From: Macrostomum lignano
Lineage: Eukaryota
Assembly (NCBI GenBank): GCA_002269645.1
Contig: NIVC01000650.1
Span: forward strand, 124,001-188,000
DNA length: 64,000 nt
Reading direction: 5' to 3'
In this document: positions 1 through 12,613 of the stretch, piece after piece
Layout of the letters: each line of letters opens with the position of its first letter
Numbering within the stretch: the stretch's first letter is position 1
Made by a program: the position numbers and the translations under genes
Notes under the pieces: generated by a model
The model's database searches: none
Told to the model about the DNA's origin: nothing
The model's input: the letters and a program-made list of their open reading frames with translations, nothing else

Positions 1-2155
1 AGGTGATGGAGACTGGGCTTCCCCGGGTGATGGAGACTGGACTTCCCCAGATGATGGAGACTGGGCTTCCCCAGGTGATGGAGACTGGACTTCCCCAGGT
101 GATGGAGACTGGACTTCCCCAGGTGATGGAGACTGGGGCTTCCCCAGGTGATGGAGACTGGGGGCTTCCCCAGGTGATGGAGACTGGGGGCTTCCCCAGG
201 TGATGGAGACTGGGGGCTTCCCCAGGTGATGGAGACTGGGCTTCCCCAGGTGATGGAGACTGGGCTTCCCCAGGTGATGGAGACTGGACTTCCCCAGGTG
301 ATGGAGACTGGACTTCCCCAGGTGATGGAGACTGGGGCTTCCCCAGGTGATGGAGACTGGGGGCTTCCCCAGGTGATGGAGACTGGGGGCTTCCCCAGGT
401 GATGGAGACTGGGGCTTCCCCAGGTGATGGAGACTGGGCTTCCCCAGGTGATGGAGACTGGGCTTCCCCAGGTGATGGAGACTGGACTTCCCCAGGTGAT
501 GGAGACTGGACTTCCCCAGGTGATGGAGACTGGGCTTCCCCAGGTGATGGAGACTGGGCTTCCCCAGATGATGGAGACTGGGCTTCCCCGGGTGATGGAG
601 ACTGGGGGCTTCCCCAGGTGATGGAGACTGGGCTTCCCCGGTGATGGAGACTGGACTTCCCCAGATGATGGAGACTGGGCTTCCCCAGGTGATGGAGACT
701 GGACTTCCCCAGGTGATGGAGACTGGGCTTCCCCAGATGATGGAGACTGGACTTCCCCAGGTGATGGAGACTGGGCTTCCCCAGATGATGGAGACTGGGC
801 TTCCCCAGGTGATGGAGACTGGGGGCTTCCCCAGGTGATGGAGACTGGGGGCTTCCCCAGGTGATGGAGACTGGGCTTCCCCAGGTGATGGAGACTGGGG
901 GCTTCCCCAGGTGATGGAGACTGGGGGCTTCCCCAGGTGATGGAGACTGGGGGCTTCCCCAGGTGATGGAGACTGGACTTCCCCAGGTGATGGAGACTGG
1001 GGGCTTCCCCAGGTGATGGAGACTGGGGGCTTCCCTAGGTGATGGAGACTGGGGGCTTCCCCAGGTGATGGAGACTGGGGGCTTCCCCAGGTGATGGAGA
1101 CTGGGGGCTTCCCCAGGTGATGGAGACTGGACTTCCCCAGGTGATGGAGACTGGGGGCTTCCCCAGGTGATGGAGACTGGGGCTTCCCCAGGTGATGGAG
1201 ACTGGGGCTTCCCCAGGTGATGGAGACTGGGGGCTTCCCCAGGTGATGGAGACTGGGCTTCCCCAGGTGATGGAGACTGGACTTCCCCAGGTGATGGAGA
1301 CTGGACTTCCCCAGGTGATGGAGACTGGGCTTCCCCAGGTGATGGAGACTGGGCTTCCCCAGATGATGGAGACTGGGCTTCCCCAGGTGATGGAGACTGG
1401 GGGCTTCCCCAGGTGATGGAGACTGGGCTTCCCCGGGTGATGGAGACTGGACTTCCCCAGATGATGGAGACTGGGCTTCCCCAGGTGATGGAGACTGGAC
1501 TTCCCCAGGTGATGGAGACTGGACTTCCCCAGGTGATGGAGACTGGGGGCTTCCCCAGGTGATGGAGACTGGGGGCTTCCTCAGGTGATGGAGACTGGGG
1601 GCTTCCCCAGGTGATGGAGACTGGGCTTCCCCAGGTGATGGAGACTGGGCTTCCCCAGGTGATGGAGACTGGGCTTCCCCAGGTGATGGAGACTGGACTT
1701 CCCCAGGTGATGGAGACTGGACTTCCCCAGGTGATGGAGACTGGGCTTCCCCAGGTGATGGAGACTGGGCTTCCCCAGATGATGGAGACTGGGCTTCCCC
1801 AGGTGATGGAGACTGGGGCTTCCCCAGGTGATGGAGACTGGGCTTCCCCGGTGATGGAGACTGGACTTCCCCAGATGGAGACTGGAGACTGGGCTTCCCC
1901 AGGTGATGGAGACTGGACTTCCCCAGGTGATGGAGACTGGGCTTCCCCAGATGATGGAGACTGGACTTCCCCAGGTGATGGAGACTGGGCTTCCCCAGAT
2001 GATGGAGACTGGGCTTCCCCAGGTGATGGAGACTGGACTTCCCCAGGTGATGGAGACTGGGCTTCCCCAGATGATGGAGACTGGGCTTCCCCAGGTGATG
2101 GAGACTGGGCTTCCCCAGGTGATGGAGACTGGGCTTCTCCAGGTGATGGAGACAG
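1..2155. repeat. Minisatellite, 24-26 bp unit (CAGGTGATGGAGACTGG(G)nCTTCCC)
   Basis: Tandem array read directly; unit length varies with the G-run; truncated by the window start. Confidence 0.97.
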
Positions 2156-2351
2156 GGCTCCCCCACATGACAATATTCAAAACAAAAATCTTCACTGACT
2201 GAGCAATAAGCAAGATGAGTTTATCAAACATAAAAAGACATAATCATAAATACATCGTAAAAAAGTACTCGGAAAAACAGTCAAATCATAGCCCGGAGAA
2301 TCATCAATTTTAATCGGACAATCAAAAAGCAGGTGAATAAACAACTAATGA

Positions 2352-2781
<430 letters not shown>

Positions 2782-2799
2782 CATGTAAGCCATCAAGTT

Positions 2800-3276
2800 T
2801 CAAAACCCGTAGTCGGCCCGCAGTCCAGTTGACGGCCTTCCGCCGCCGCCGCCCGCCGAGGCGGCCCTGCTGGCGTAGCTGACGGATCTCGGTGAGCTGC
2901 GGAAGCCGCGCATCGCCAGACTTGCCGACGCCGGCGCTGGCGTGTTCGCCGACAACGCCGACGCGCCGCCAAAAGTTGTTGACGACGATGCTGTTCCGGC
3001 GGCGCTGCCGCTGCTGATCTCGATGCTCGGCCGGCCGCCGACGCCGCTGCCACCGACGGCGCTGGTGCAGCAGCGGCAGAGCCGGCGGAAGCAGCAACAG
3101 CCCCCGCCGCTGCTATAATCGTGAACCTGGCAGACCGACCTGCGCCGTTTCGACCGGTAGCTGAGAAACGACGCCACGAGCAGGCAGACGAGAATCACCG
3201 ACAGCGCCACGTGGGCGATCCAGACAGGCGGACTGGCTGGAGGCGCCGGCGACTCCGTGGTGACAGTCGATGACAT
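2800..3276 (-). CDS. Hypothetical single-pass membrane protein (158 aa) with Cys-rich juxtamembrane motif
   Basis: ATG-initiated ORF in a GC-rich unique island. One hydrophobic stretch (VWIAHVALSVILVCLLVASFL) is followed by basic RSKRRR and CCCFRRLCRCC. An AG acceptor-like site (CAGCAG/CAAATG) lies just before the ATG. No family recognised. Confidence 0.6.
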   Translation of the reverse strand: MSSTVTTESPAPPASPPVWIAHVALSVILVCLLVASFLSYRSKRRRSVCQVHDYSSGGGCCCFRRLCRCCTSAVGGSGVGGRPSIEISSGSAAGTASSSTTFGGASALSANTPAPASASLAMRGFRSSPRSVSYASRAASAGGGGGRPSTGLRADYGF

Positions 3277-3505
3277 TTGCTGCTGGCTGGCGGCAGGATG
3301 TCGAAAAGGATTGATGTTGCCGCTAATGATTGTTGTGGGGAATTTTATAGAGCTTTTTGCATAAGCAAAATTTTCCCATTGCTCTGTCTTCTTCTAATAC
3401 CCTTTGAACTCATAGCCTTGGAGGGACAGGCTTTTATTGGCTGGCAGAATTGTGACAGCATCCAGCCTCTGTTCCGCATCCGGACAGAGTCTAATCCTTC
3501 TTGTT

Positions 3506-3608
<103 letters not shown>

Positions 3609-3705
3609 ATTTATTATTCAATTTTAAAGAGTTATACAGGAAAAATTTCATCTGCAGTCACAGGCTGCACTTGTACTTTTGGTTTGTCTTGTCGGATAAA
3701 TCCAG

Positions 3706-5850
3706 ACAGTCTTGTCAGATATTGTCAGACAGCCTTCTCAGAAATTGTCAGACAGTCTTTTCAGATATTGTCAGACAGTCTTGTCAGATATTGTCAGACA
3801 GTCTTGTCAGATATTGTTAGACAGTCTTGTCAGATATTGTCAGACAGTCTTGTCAGATATTGTCAGACAGTCTTTTCAGATATTGTCAGACAGTCTTGTC
3901 AGAAATTGTCAGACAGTCTTGTCAGATATTGTCAGACAGTCTTGTCAGATATTGTCAGACAGTCTTGTCAGATATTGTCAGACAGTCTTGTCAGATATTG
4001 TTAGACAGTCTTGTCAGAAATTGTTAGACAGTCTTGTCAGATATTGTCAGACAGCCTTGTCAGATATTGTCAGACAGTCTTGTCAGATATTGTCAGACAG
4101 TCTTGTCAGATATTGTCAGACAGTCTTGTCAGATATTGTCAGACAGTCTTGTCAAATATTGTCAGACAGTCTTGTCAGATATTGTTAGACAGTCTTGTCA
4201 GATATTGTCAGACAGTCTTGTCAGATATTGTCAGACAGTCTTGTCAGATATTGTCAGACAGTCTTGTCAGATATTGTCAGACAGTCTTGTCAGATATTGT
4301 CAGACAGTCTTGTCAGAAATTGTCAGACAGTCTTGTCAGATATTGTCAGACAGTCTTGTCAGATATTGTCAGACAGTCTTGTCAGATATTGTCAGACAGT
4401 CTTGTCAGATATTGTCAGATAGTCTTGTCAGATATTGTTAGACAGTCTTGTCAGATATTGTCAGACAGTCTTGTCAGATATTGTTAGACAGTCTTGTCAG
4501 ATATTGTCAGACAGTCTTGTCAGATATTGTCAGACAGTCTTGTCAGATATTGTCAGAGAGTCTTGTCAGATATTGTCAGACAGTCTTTTCAGATATTGTC
4601 AGACAGTCTTGTCAGATATTGTCAGACAGTCTTGTCAGATATTGTCAGACAGTCTTGTCAGATATTGTCAGACAGTCTTGTCAGATATTGTCAGAGAGTC
4701 TTGTCAGATATTGTCAGAGAGTCTTGTCAGATATTGTCAGACAGTCTTGTCAGATATTGTCAGACAGTCTTGTCAGATATTGTCAGACAGTCTTGTCAAA
4801 TATTGTCAGACAGTCTTGTCAGATATTGTCAGACAGTCTTGTCAGATATTGTCAGACAGTCTTGTCAGATATTGTCAGACAGTCTTGTCAGATATTGTCA
4901 GAGAGTCTTGTCAGATATTGTCAGACAGTCTTGTCAAATATTGTCAGACAGTCTTGTCAGATATTGTCAGACAGTCTTGTCAGATATTGTCAGACAGTCT
5001 TGTCAGATATTGTCAGACAGTCTTGTCAGATATTGTCAGACAGTCTTGTCAGATATCCACTTGTCAGAAATTGTCAGACAGTCTTGTCAGATATTGTCAG
5101 ACAGTCTTGTCAGATATTGTCAGACAGTCTTGTCAGATATTGTCAGACAGTCTTGTCAGATATTGTCAGACAGTCTTGTCAGATATTGTTAGACAGTCTT
5201 GTCAGATATTGTCAGACAGTCTTGTCAGATATTGTCAGACAGTCTTGTCAGATATTGTCAGACAGTCTTGTCAGATATTGTCAGACAGTCTTGTCAGATA
5301 TTGTCAGACAGTCTTGTCAGATATTGTCAGACAGTCTTGTCAGATATTGTTAGACAGTCTTGTCAGATATTGTCAGACAGCCTTGTCAGATATTGTTAGA
5401 CAGTCTTGTCAGATATTGTCAGACAGTCTTGTCAGAAATTGTCAGACAGTCTTGTCAGATATTGTCAGACAGTCTTGTCAGAAATTGTTAGACAGTCTTG
5501 TCAGATATTGTCAGACAGTCTTGTCAGATATTGTTAGACAGTCTTGTCAGATATTGTCAGACAGCCTTGTCAGATATTGTCAGACAGTCTTGTCAAATAT
5601 TGTCAGACAGTCTTGTCAGAAATTGTTAGACAGTCTTGTCAGATATTGTCAGACAGTCTTGTCAAATATTGTCAGACAGCCTTGTCAGATATTGTCAGAC
5701 AGTCTTGTCAAATATTGTCAGACAGCCTTGTCAGATATTGTCAGACAGTCTTGTCAGATATTGTTAGACAGCCTTGTCAGATATTGTCAGACAGTCTTGT
5801 CAGATATTGTTAGACAGTCTTGTCAGGTATTGTCAAACAGTCTTGTCAAA
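3706..5850. repeat. 23-bp minisatellite (GTCAGACAGTCTTGTCAGATATT)
   Basis: Tandem array; the unit is itself a dimer of TGTCAGA-containing halves. Confidence 0.97.
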
Positions 5851-6450
5851 TCCAGAGTTGACATTGTCGGAGGAGCAGCAAAACCAAACCGATGTTTAAC
5901 AGGTTAAACAAAACTTTGACTTCGCGAAAACCCCAGCCTGCTCAAACAAGTTCACGTGTGTACCACAGTTAGCTACATGATGCAGATGTGGGTAAAGGGA
6001 CTTAGCTTTAAGGTTGGCTGACTGACTACCTGTGTTGTGTACGAGTATTCTTTACTCCGTTTTCTCGCCTCGCAGGCCAGTCTGTCTCCTCTTCCCCTTC
6101 CTTCGCGCGCGGCCAAGATGAGTGAAAAAATAAAAAGAGAATGCAAAAACTGAGCTCCGGAGGCTGTGGGCGCCCGGTTCTGCTTGTTGCCTCAGGCAAC
6201 GGAGTCCATGCTGCTGCCTCTCTGTGCCTGACCATCTGCCCCAATCAGCCTCTCGTGCTAGCTGCCAGAGGCATGATTTTGCGGGAGAGAGAGATGGACA
6301 ATGAGTTGCTGCAGTTTTAGGGAGTTATGAATTTATGACTTGCCCGGCGCCGCCATCGATTCCCCTGCTGACTCTCGACTGCACTTTCCCCGGCTCCCTT
6401 TACTGTCTCTGACTTGCTAATCCTGCTGAACTACATGTATAGCATGCGTC

Positions 6451-6832
<382 letters not shown>

Positions 6833-7065
6833 CTGCAATTTGATACATAAATAGATCAATATGCATATTTATTCAATGGAAAACTCAAGGAAGTATACTC
6901 AAGGAAAATCTTCTGTGGTTCTGCCTGAGACAGGCTCTCAAGTGCACTTCAGCAGTGTCAGTTTGTATTCAAGGAAATAGTCTGTTTCTACTTCCACTAG
7001 AACTGATCAATAGCTTTTAGGTTAACAGGAACCCCTGCGAGCATAATAGTGCAGTAAAATGTAAG

Positions 7066-9098
7066 AGAGGGTGAGACTTGGAGAGGGTGAGACTTGGAGA
7101 GGGTGAAACTGAGAGAGAGTGAGACTGGGAGAGGGTGAGACTGGGAGAGGGTGAGACTGGGAGAGGGTGAGACTGGGAGAGGGTGAGACTTGGAGAGGGT
7201 GAAACTGAGAGAGAGTGAGACTGGGAGAGGGTGAGACTGGGAGAGGGTGAAACTGGGAGAGGGTGAGACTGGGAGAGGGTGAGACTGGGAGAGGGTGAGA
7301 CTGGGAGAGGGTGAGACTGGGAGAGGGTGAGACTGGGAGAGGGTGAGACTGGGAGAGAGTGAGGGTGAAACTGGGAGAGGGTGAGACTGGGAGAGGGTGA
7401 GACTGGGAGAGGGTGAGACTGGGAGAGGGTGAGACTGGGAGAGGGTGAGACTGGGAGAGGGTGAGACTGGGAGAGGGTGAGACTGGGAGAGGGTGAGACT
7501 GGGAGAGGGTGAGACTGGGAGAGGGTGAGACTGGGAGAGGGTGAGACTGGGAGAGGGTGAGACTGGGAGAGGGTGAGACTGGGAGAGGGTGAAACTGGGA
7601 GAGGGTGAGACTGGGAGAGGGTGAGACTGGGAGAGGGTGAGACTGGGAGAGGGTGAGACTGGGAGAGGGTGAGACTGGGAGAGGGTGAGACTGGGAGAGG
7701 GTGAGACTGGGAGAGGGTGAGACTGGGAGAGGGTGAGACTGGGAGAGGGTGAGACTGGGAGAGGGTGAGACTGGGAGAGGGTGAGACTGGGAGAGGGTGA
7801 GACTGGGAGAGGGTGAGACTGGGAGAGAGTGAGGGTGAAACTGGGAGAGGGTGAGACTGGGAGAGGGTGAGACTGGGAGAGGGTGAGACTGGGAGAGGGT
7901 GAGACTGGGAGAGGGTGAGACTGGGAGAGGGTGAGACTGGGAGAGGGTGAGACTGGGAGAGGGTGAGACTGGGAGAGGGTGAGACTTGGAGAGGGTGAAA
8001 CTGAGAGAGAGTGAGACTGGGAGAGGGTGAGACTGGGAGAGGGTGAGACTGGGAGAGGGTGAGACTGGGAGAGGGTGAGACTTGGAGAGGGTGAAACTGA
8101 GAGAGAGTGAGACTGGGAGAGGGTGAGACTGGGAGAGGGTGAGACTGGGAGAGGGTGAGACTGGGAGAGGGTGAGACTGGGAGAGAGTGAGGGTGAAACT
8201 GGGAGAGGGTGAGACTGGGAGAGGGTGAGACTGGGAGAGGGTGAGACTGGGAGAGGGTGAGACTGGGAGAGGGTGAGACTGGGAGAGGGTGAGACTGGGA
8301 GAGGGTGAGACTGGGAGAGGGTGAGACTGGGAGAGGGTGAGACTGGGAGAGGGTGAGACTGGGAGAGGGTGAGACTGGGAGAGGGTGAGACTGGGAGAGG
8401 GTGAGACTTGGAGAGGGTGAAACTGAGAGAGAGTGAGACTGGGAGAGGGTGAGACTGGGAGAGGGTGAGACTGGGAGAGGGTGAGACTGGGAGAGGGTGA
8501 GACTTGGAGAGGGTGAAACTGAGAGAGAGTGAGACTGGGAGAGGGTGAGACTGGGAGAGGGTGAGACTGGGAGAGGGTGAGACTGGGAGAGGGTGAGACT
8601 GGGAGAGAGTGAGGGTGAAACTGGGAGAGGGTGAGACTGGGAGAGGGTGAGACTGGGAGAGGGTGAGACTGGGAGAGGGTGAAACTGGGAGAGGGTGAGA
8701 CTGGGAGAGGGTGAGACTGGGAGAGGGTGAGACTGGGAGAGGGTGAGACTGGGAGAGGGTGAGACTGGGAGAGAGTGAGGGTGAAACTGGGAGAGGGTGA
8801 GACTGGGAGAGGGTGAGACTGGGAGAGGGTGAGACTGGGAGAGGGTGAGACTGGGAGAGGGTGAGACTGGGAGAGGGTGAGACTGGGAGAGGGTGAGACT
8901 GGGAGAGGGTGAGACTGGGAGAGGGTGAGACTGGGAGAGGGTGAGACTGGGAGAGGGTGAGACTGGGAGAGGGTGAGACTGGGAGAGGGTGAGACTGGGA
9001 GAGGGTGAGACTGGGAGAGGGTGAGACTGGGAGAGGGTGAGACTGGGAGAGGGTGAGACTGGGAGAGGGTGAGACTGGGCGAGGGTGAGACTGGGCGA
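7066..9098. repeat. 16-bp minisatellite (GGGAGAGGGTGAGACT)
   Basis: Highly homogeneous tandem array with recurring variant blocks. Confidence 0.97.
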
Positions 9099-9523
9099 GT
9101 TTCAGTGTGGCATTGGGAGAGGGCTCAGAGCGGGAGGGTCAAGGCAGAGCTGGAGAAGAAGACGCGGAGGATGCAGCAAAGCTGAAGCAAGCTAAGAAAG
9201 TGCAGCCGCTCATTGGCTCAGTACAAGCAGAGCGGCTGGTGCAGTCGGAGTTTTCCACTGTACGCGAATTCCCAGCTTCACCGCGCCCTCTTGCTTCGGG
9301 TTGTTTTCCGCCATCAAAGCCATAAAACTCAATGGATGGTCAAGCATGTCAATCAAGACTGACACGTTGCGGCGACTCTGATCTGCCCGGAATTTCCATG
9401 CAATAAACTGCCGTGGAGCAGTTCAATCTGCGCGTGTGCTACTAAAAAGGACTCTCATTTTCATGTCAGAATATAGATAAGCAATACGCTGGAGTTTCAA
9501 TGATGCGGCTTAGCCATTAGGGA

Positions 9524-9908
<385 letters not shown>

Positions 9909-10412
9909 TTCTTTGGAACAGAAATCTTCTGTTTCTTTCTTTTTCTCTTTGGAATTAATTTTATTTATATTATCCTAGAGGTCTACTGAACACTTAAGGA
10001 ACAAGTAGTGTCATTGAATTTTTCGACATTTCGACTTTCTTTTTACAACATGGAATCGCTTGTGCAGCATATAAAACAGTTGGAATATTAAGTCAGCTTG
10101 TAAAACCGAAGTGCTTATGGTAGATACTGTTGCTGCTAGCAGGCATTCCCTTGCAACGGGCTAGCGATAAAGTCAACACTAGTTAGGGAAGCAAATTTTT
10201 TATTGACGGCTGTTAAAATGTCTGCAATCTGGCTTCATTAAACTAATAATTCTGGCAGTCTGCGAAGCAGGATGATCACGTATGAAACTCACATCTGCTA
10301 TGCAAAATGTTAGTTGTGGATAGGTAGACAGAAGAAAGACACTCAGATGAAATGACATATCAATGGAAATTTTCATAGGAGGATTAGATGGATAGAGACA
10401 GACGTTAGATCT

Positions 10413-10474
<62 letters not shown>

Positions 10475-10508
10475 GGATAGATAGATAGATGGATGGATAG
10501 ATAGATAG
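10413..10508. repeat. (GATA)n microsatellite
   Basis: Read directly. Confidence 0.95.
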
Positions 10509-11179
10509 GAGAAGAGAACTCCAGTCGCAAGCGATATTCAAAGCAGCACACATGAGCACAGCACAGCTCAACAGTTCAGTATGAAATAAAGTTTTTATGA
10601 TTTTTTATAAGCAACCCACTTTAGGATCATACTTGGCTGCCCACAATACTCGCACAATACACTGCCAGAAGTCAGCTAGCGAAGACCCTTTTTAGACAAG
10701 TCGGAAGGCTTCACACGGAACTGGCATAGCCCAGCAGCTGCATGCTATGAGTTCTGCATATTGTTAAAGAACCACACACAAAAAACCTACTTTTCAGACC
10801 AGTCCATACACCCTTGTGAATCAGGGAGCATGTGAATGCATCATTTAATCCTGCATTTACACTGCTACTGTAGCCAGTCGGTAATTTTTTAGCGCGTTGG
10901 CGAGCGAAGAAAAACAAAATTTCGTGTAAGCAAATTTAATTCTTATTTATGACCTCCCCAGTGCGGCCACCAACTTGACCTGTCCGGAACCTGCATAGGA
11001 GCGGAGGAGGCTGCAAACACCAAGCTTAAGTAAACAGAAGTAAAACCTGTTGAATCTGAATCAAGCCAAAGGGTCAGTTAGTTAACGGAAACTGCGAAAC
11101 TCATACGTATGTGATGGATAAACCATTTTAACTGGCGAACAAAAATCGATAAAATAGGTTGAGAATCGAGAGTTTGATG

Positions 11180-11995
11180 GAGGAGAGGGAGAGAAGGAGA
11201 TGAGAGAGGGAGAGAGGAGGAAAGATGAGAGGGATATAAGGAGAGATGAGAGGGGTATAAGGAGAGATGAGAGAGGGGATAAGGAGAAATGAGAAATGAG
11301 AGATGGAGAGAAGGAGAGATGAGAGAGAAAGAAGGAGAGGGAGATAAGGAGATGAGAGAGGGAGAGAGGAGGAGAGATGAGAGGGATATAAGGAGAGATG
11401 AGAGAGGGAGATAAGGAGAGATGAGAGAGAAAGAAGGAGAGGGAGAGAAGGAGACAAGGAGCGATGAGAGAGGGAGAGAAGGAGACAGGGAGAGAGGAGA
11501 GAGGAGAGAGGGAGAGGGAGAGAGGAGAAGAGAGAGAAGAGAGAGAGGAGAGGGAAAGAAGGAGAGATGAGAGAGGAGAAAAGGAGACAGGGAGAGATAA
11601 GAGAGGAGGAGAGATGAGAGAGGATAAATCAGAGGGAGAGGAGAGAGGGAGAGGAGAGAGGGAGATGAGAGAGGGAGAGAAGGAGAGAGGAGAGAGGAGA
11701 AAAGGAGACAGGGAGAGATGAGAGAGGAGGAGAGATGAGAAAGGATAAATGAGAGGGAGAGAAGGAGAGAGGGAGAGGAGAGAGGGAGATGAGAGAGGGA
11801 GAGAAGGAGAGATGACAGAGAAGAAAAGGAGACAGGGAGAGATGAGAGAGGAGGAGAGATGAGAGAGGATAAATGAGAGGGAGAGAAGGAGAGAGGGAGA
11901 GGAGAGAGGGATATGAGAGAGGGAGAGAAGGAGAGAGGAGAGGAAGAGCGAGAGAATGCGAGAGAGGAGGGGGAGAGGGCAGGGAGAGGAGAGAG
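11180..11995. repeat. Purine-rich (GA/GGA) low-complexity repeat
   Basis: Almost exclusively A/G on the + strand, with imperfect internal duplications. Confidence 0.9.
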
Positions 11996-12613
11996 CAGTG
12001 GAGAACCAGTGGCCTTGTTGGCAGCAAGCCTGCACTTATCCCAATCGCATGGAAAGCAGAAAGTGTCAGAAACAAAACGCGCCCATCTGCACTGCAACAT
12101 TGGCCGTCGGATATTTCATGCCGCCAGTGAAAGTCAGAGTCAGAATTGAGAGAGAAGAGATGCGCGCCACAGATACCCCAACTCAAGCCGTCAGATCTGT
12201 CAGCCAATTTTAGCACTGACAATGGCCCGCCTAGACACACAGGGCTCGAACGATAATCCGTCCAATTTGGCTGTCGATAATCGCCCGAGCTCGTTTCTGA
12301 TTGGCTGGGCCAAGGCCATCTAGAACTAGCTTATGGAGTTGGATGCTATTAGATCCCATTACAAGTAATTATTGCTGTTTTTATACGAGTGTATGCAGCC
12401 GTTACTATTCCCGACTCCAGATTGCACCTCTGTGATCTCCATGGCCTCAGGCCAAGCGAATGAGGATATTATTTGCGGCACTATTGGGATTTAGAAAGTC
12501 GCACAGGGACACTGGTTCTAAGAATTTCCGATTAGGGCAGAGTTTTTTCTCTTCTTAGAAACAAAAAATTGCTTGAAACTGCTGGCAAACAAAGTCTGCA
12601 ACAAGAAAAAGCG

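Noticed and set aside
1-2231. ORFs with METGLPQV / SPGDGDW repeats
   Set aside because: Translations of a minisatellite with constant frameshifts; no unique coding sequence or splice support.
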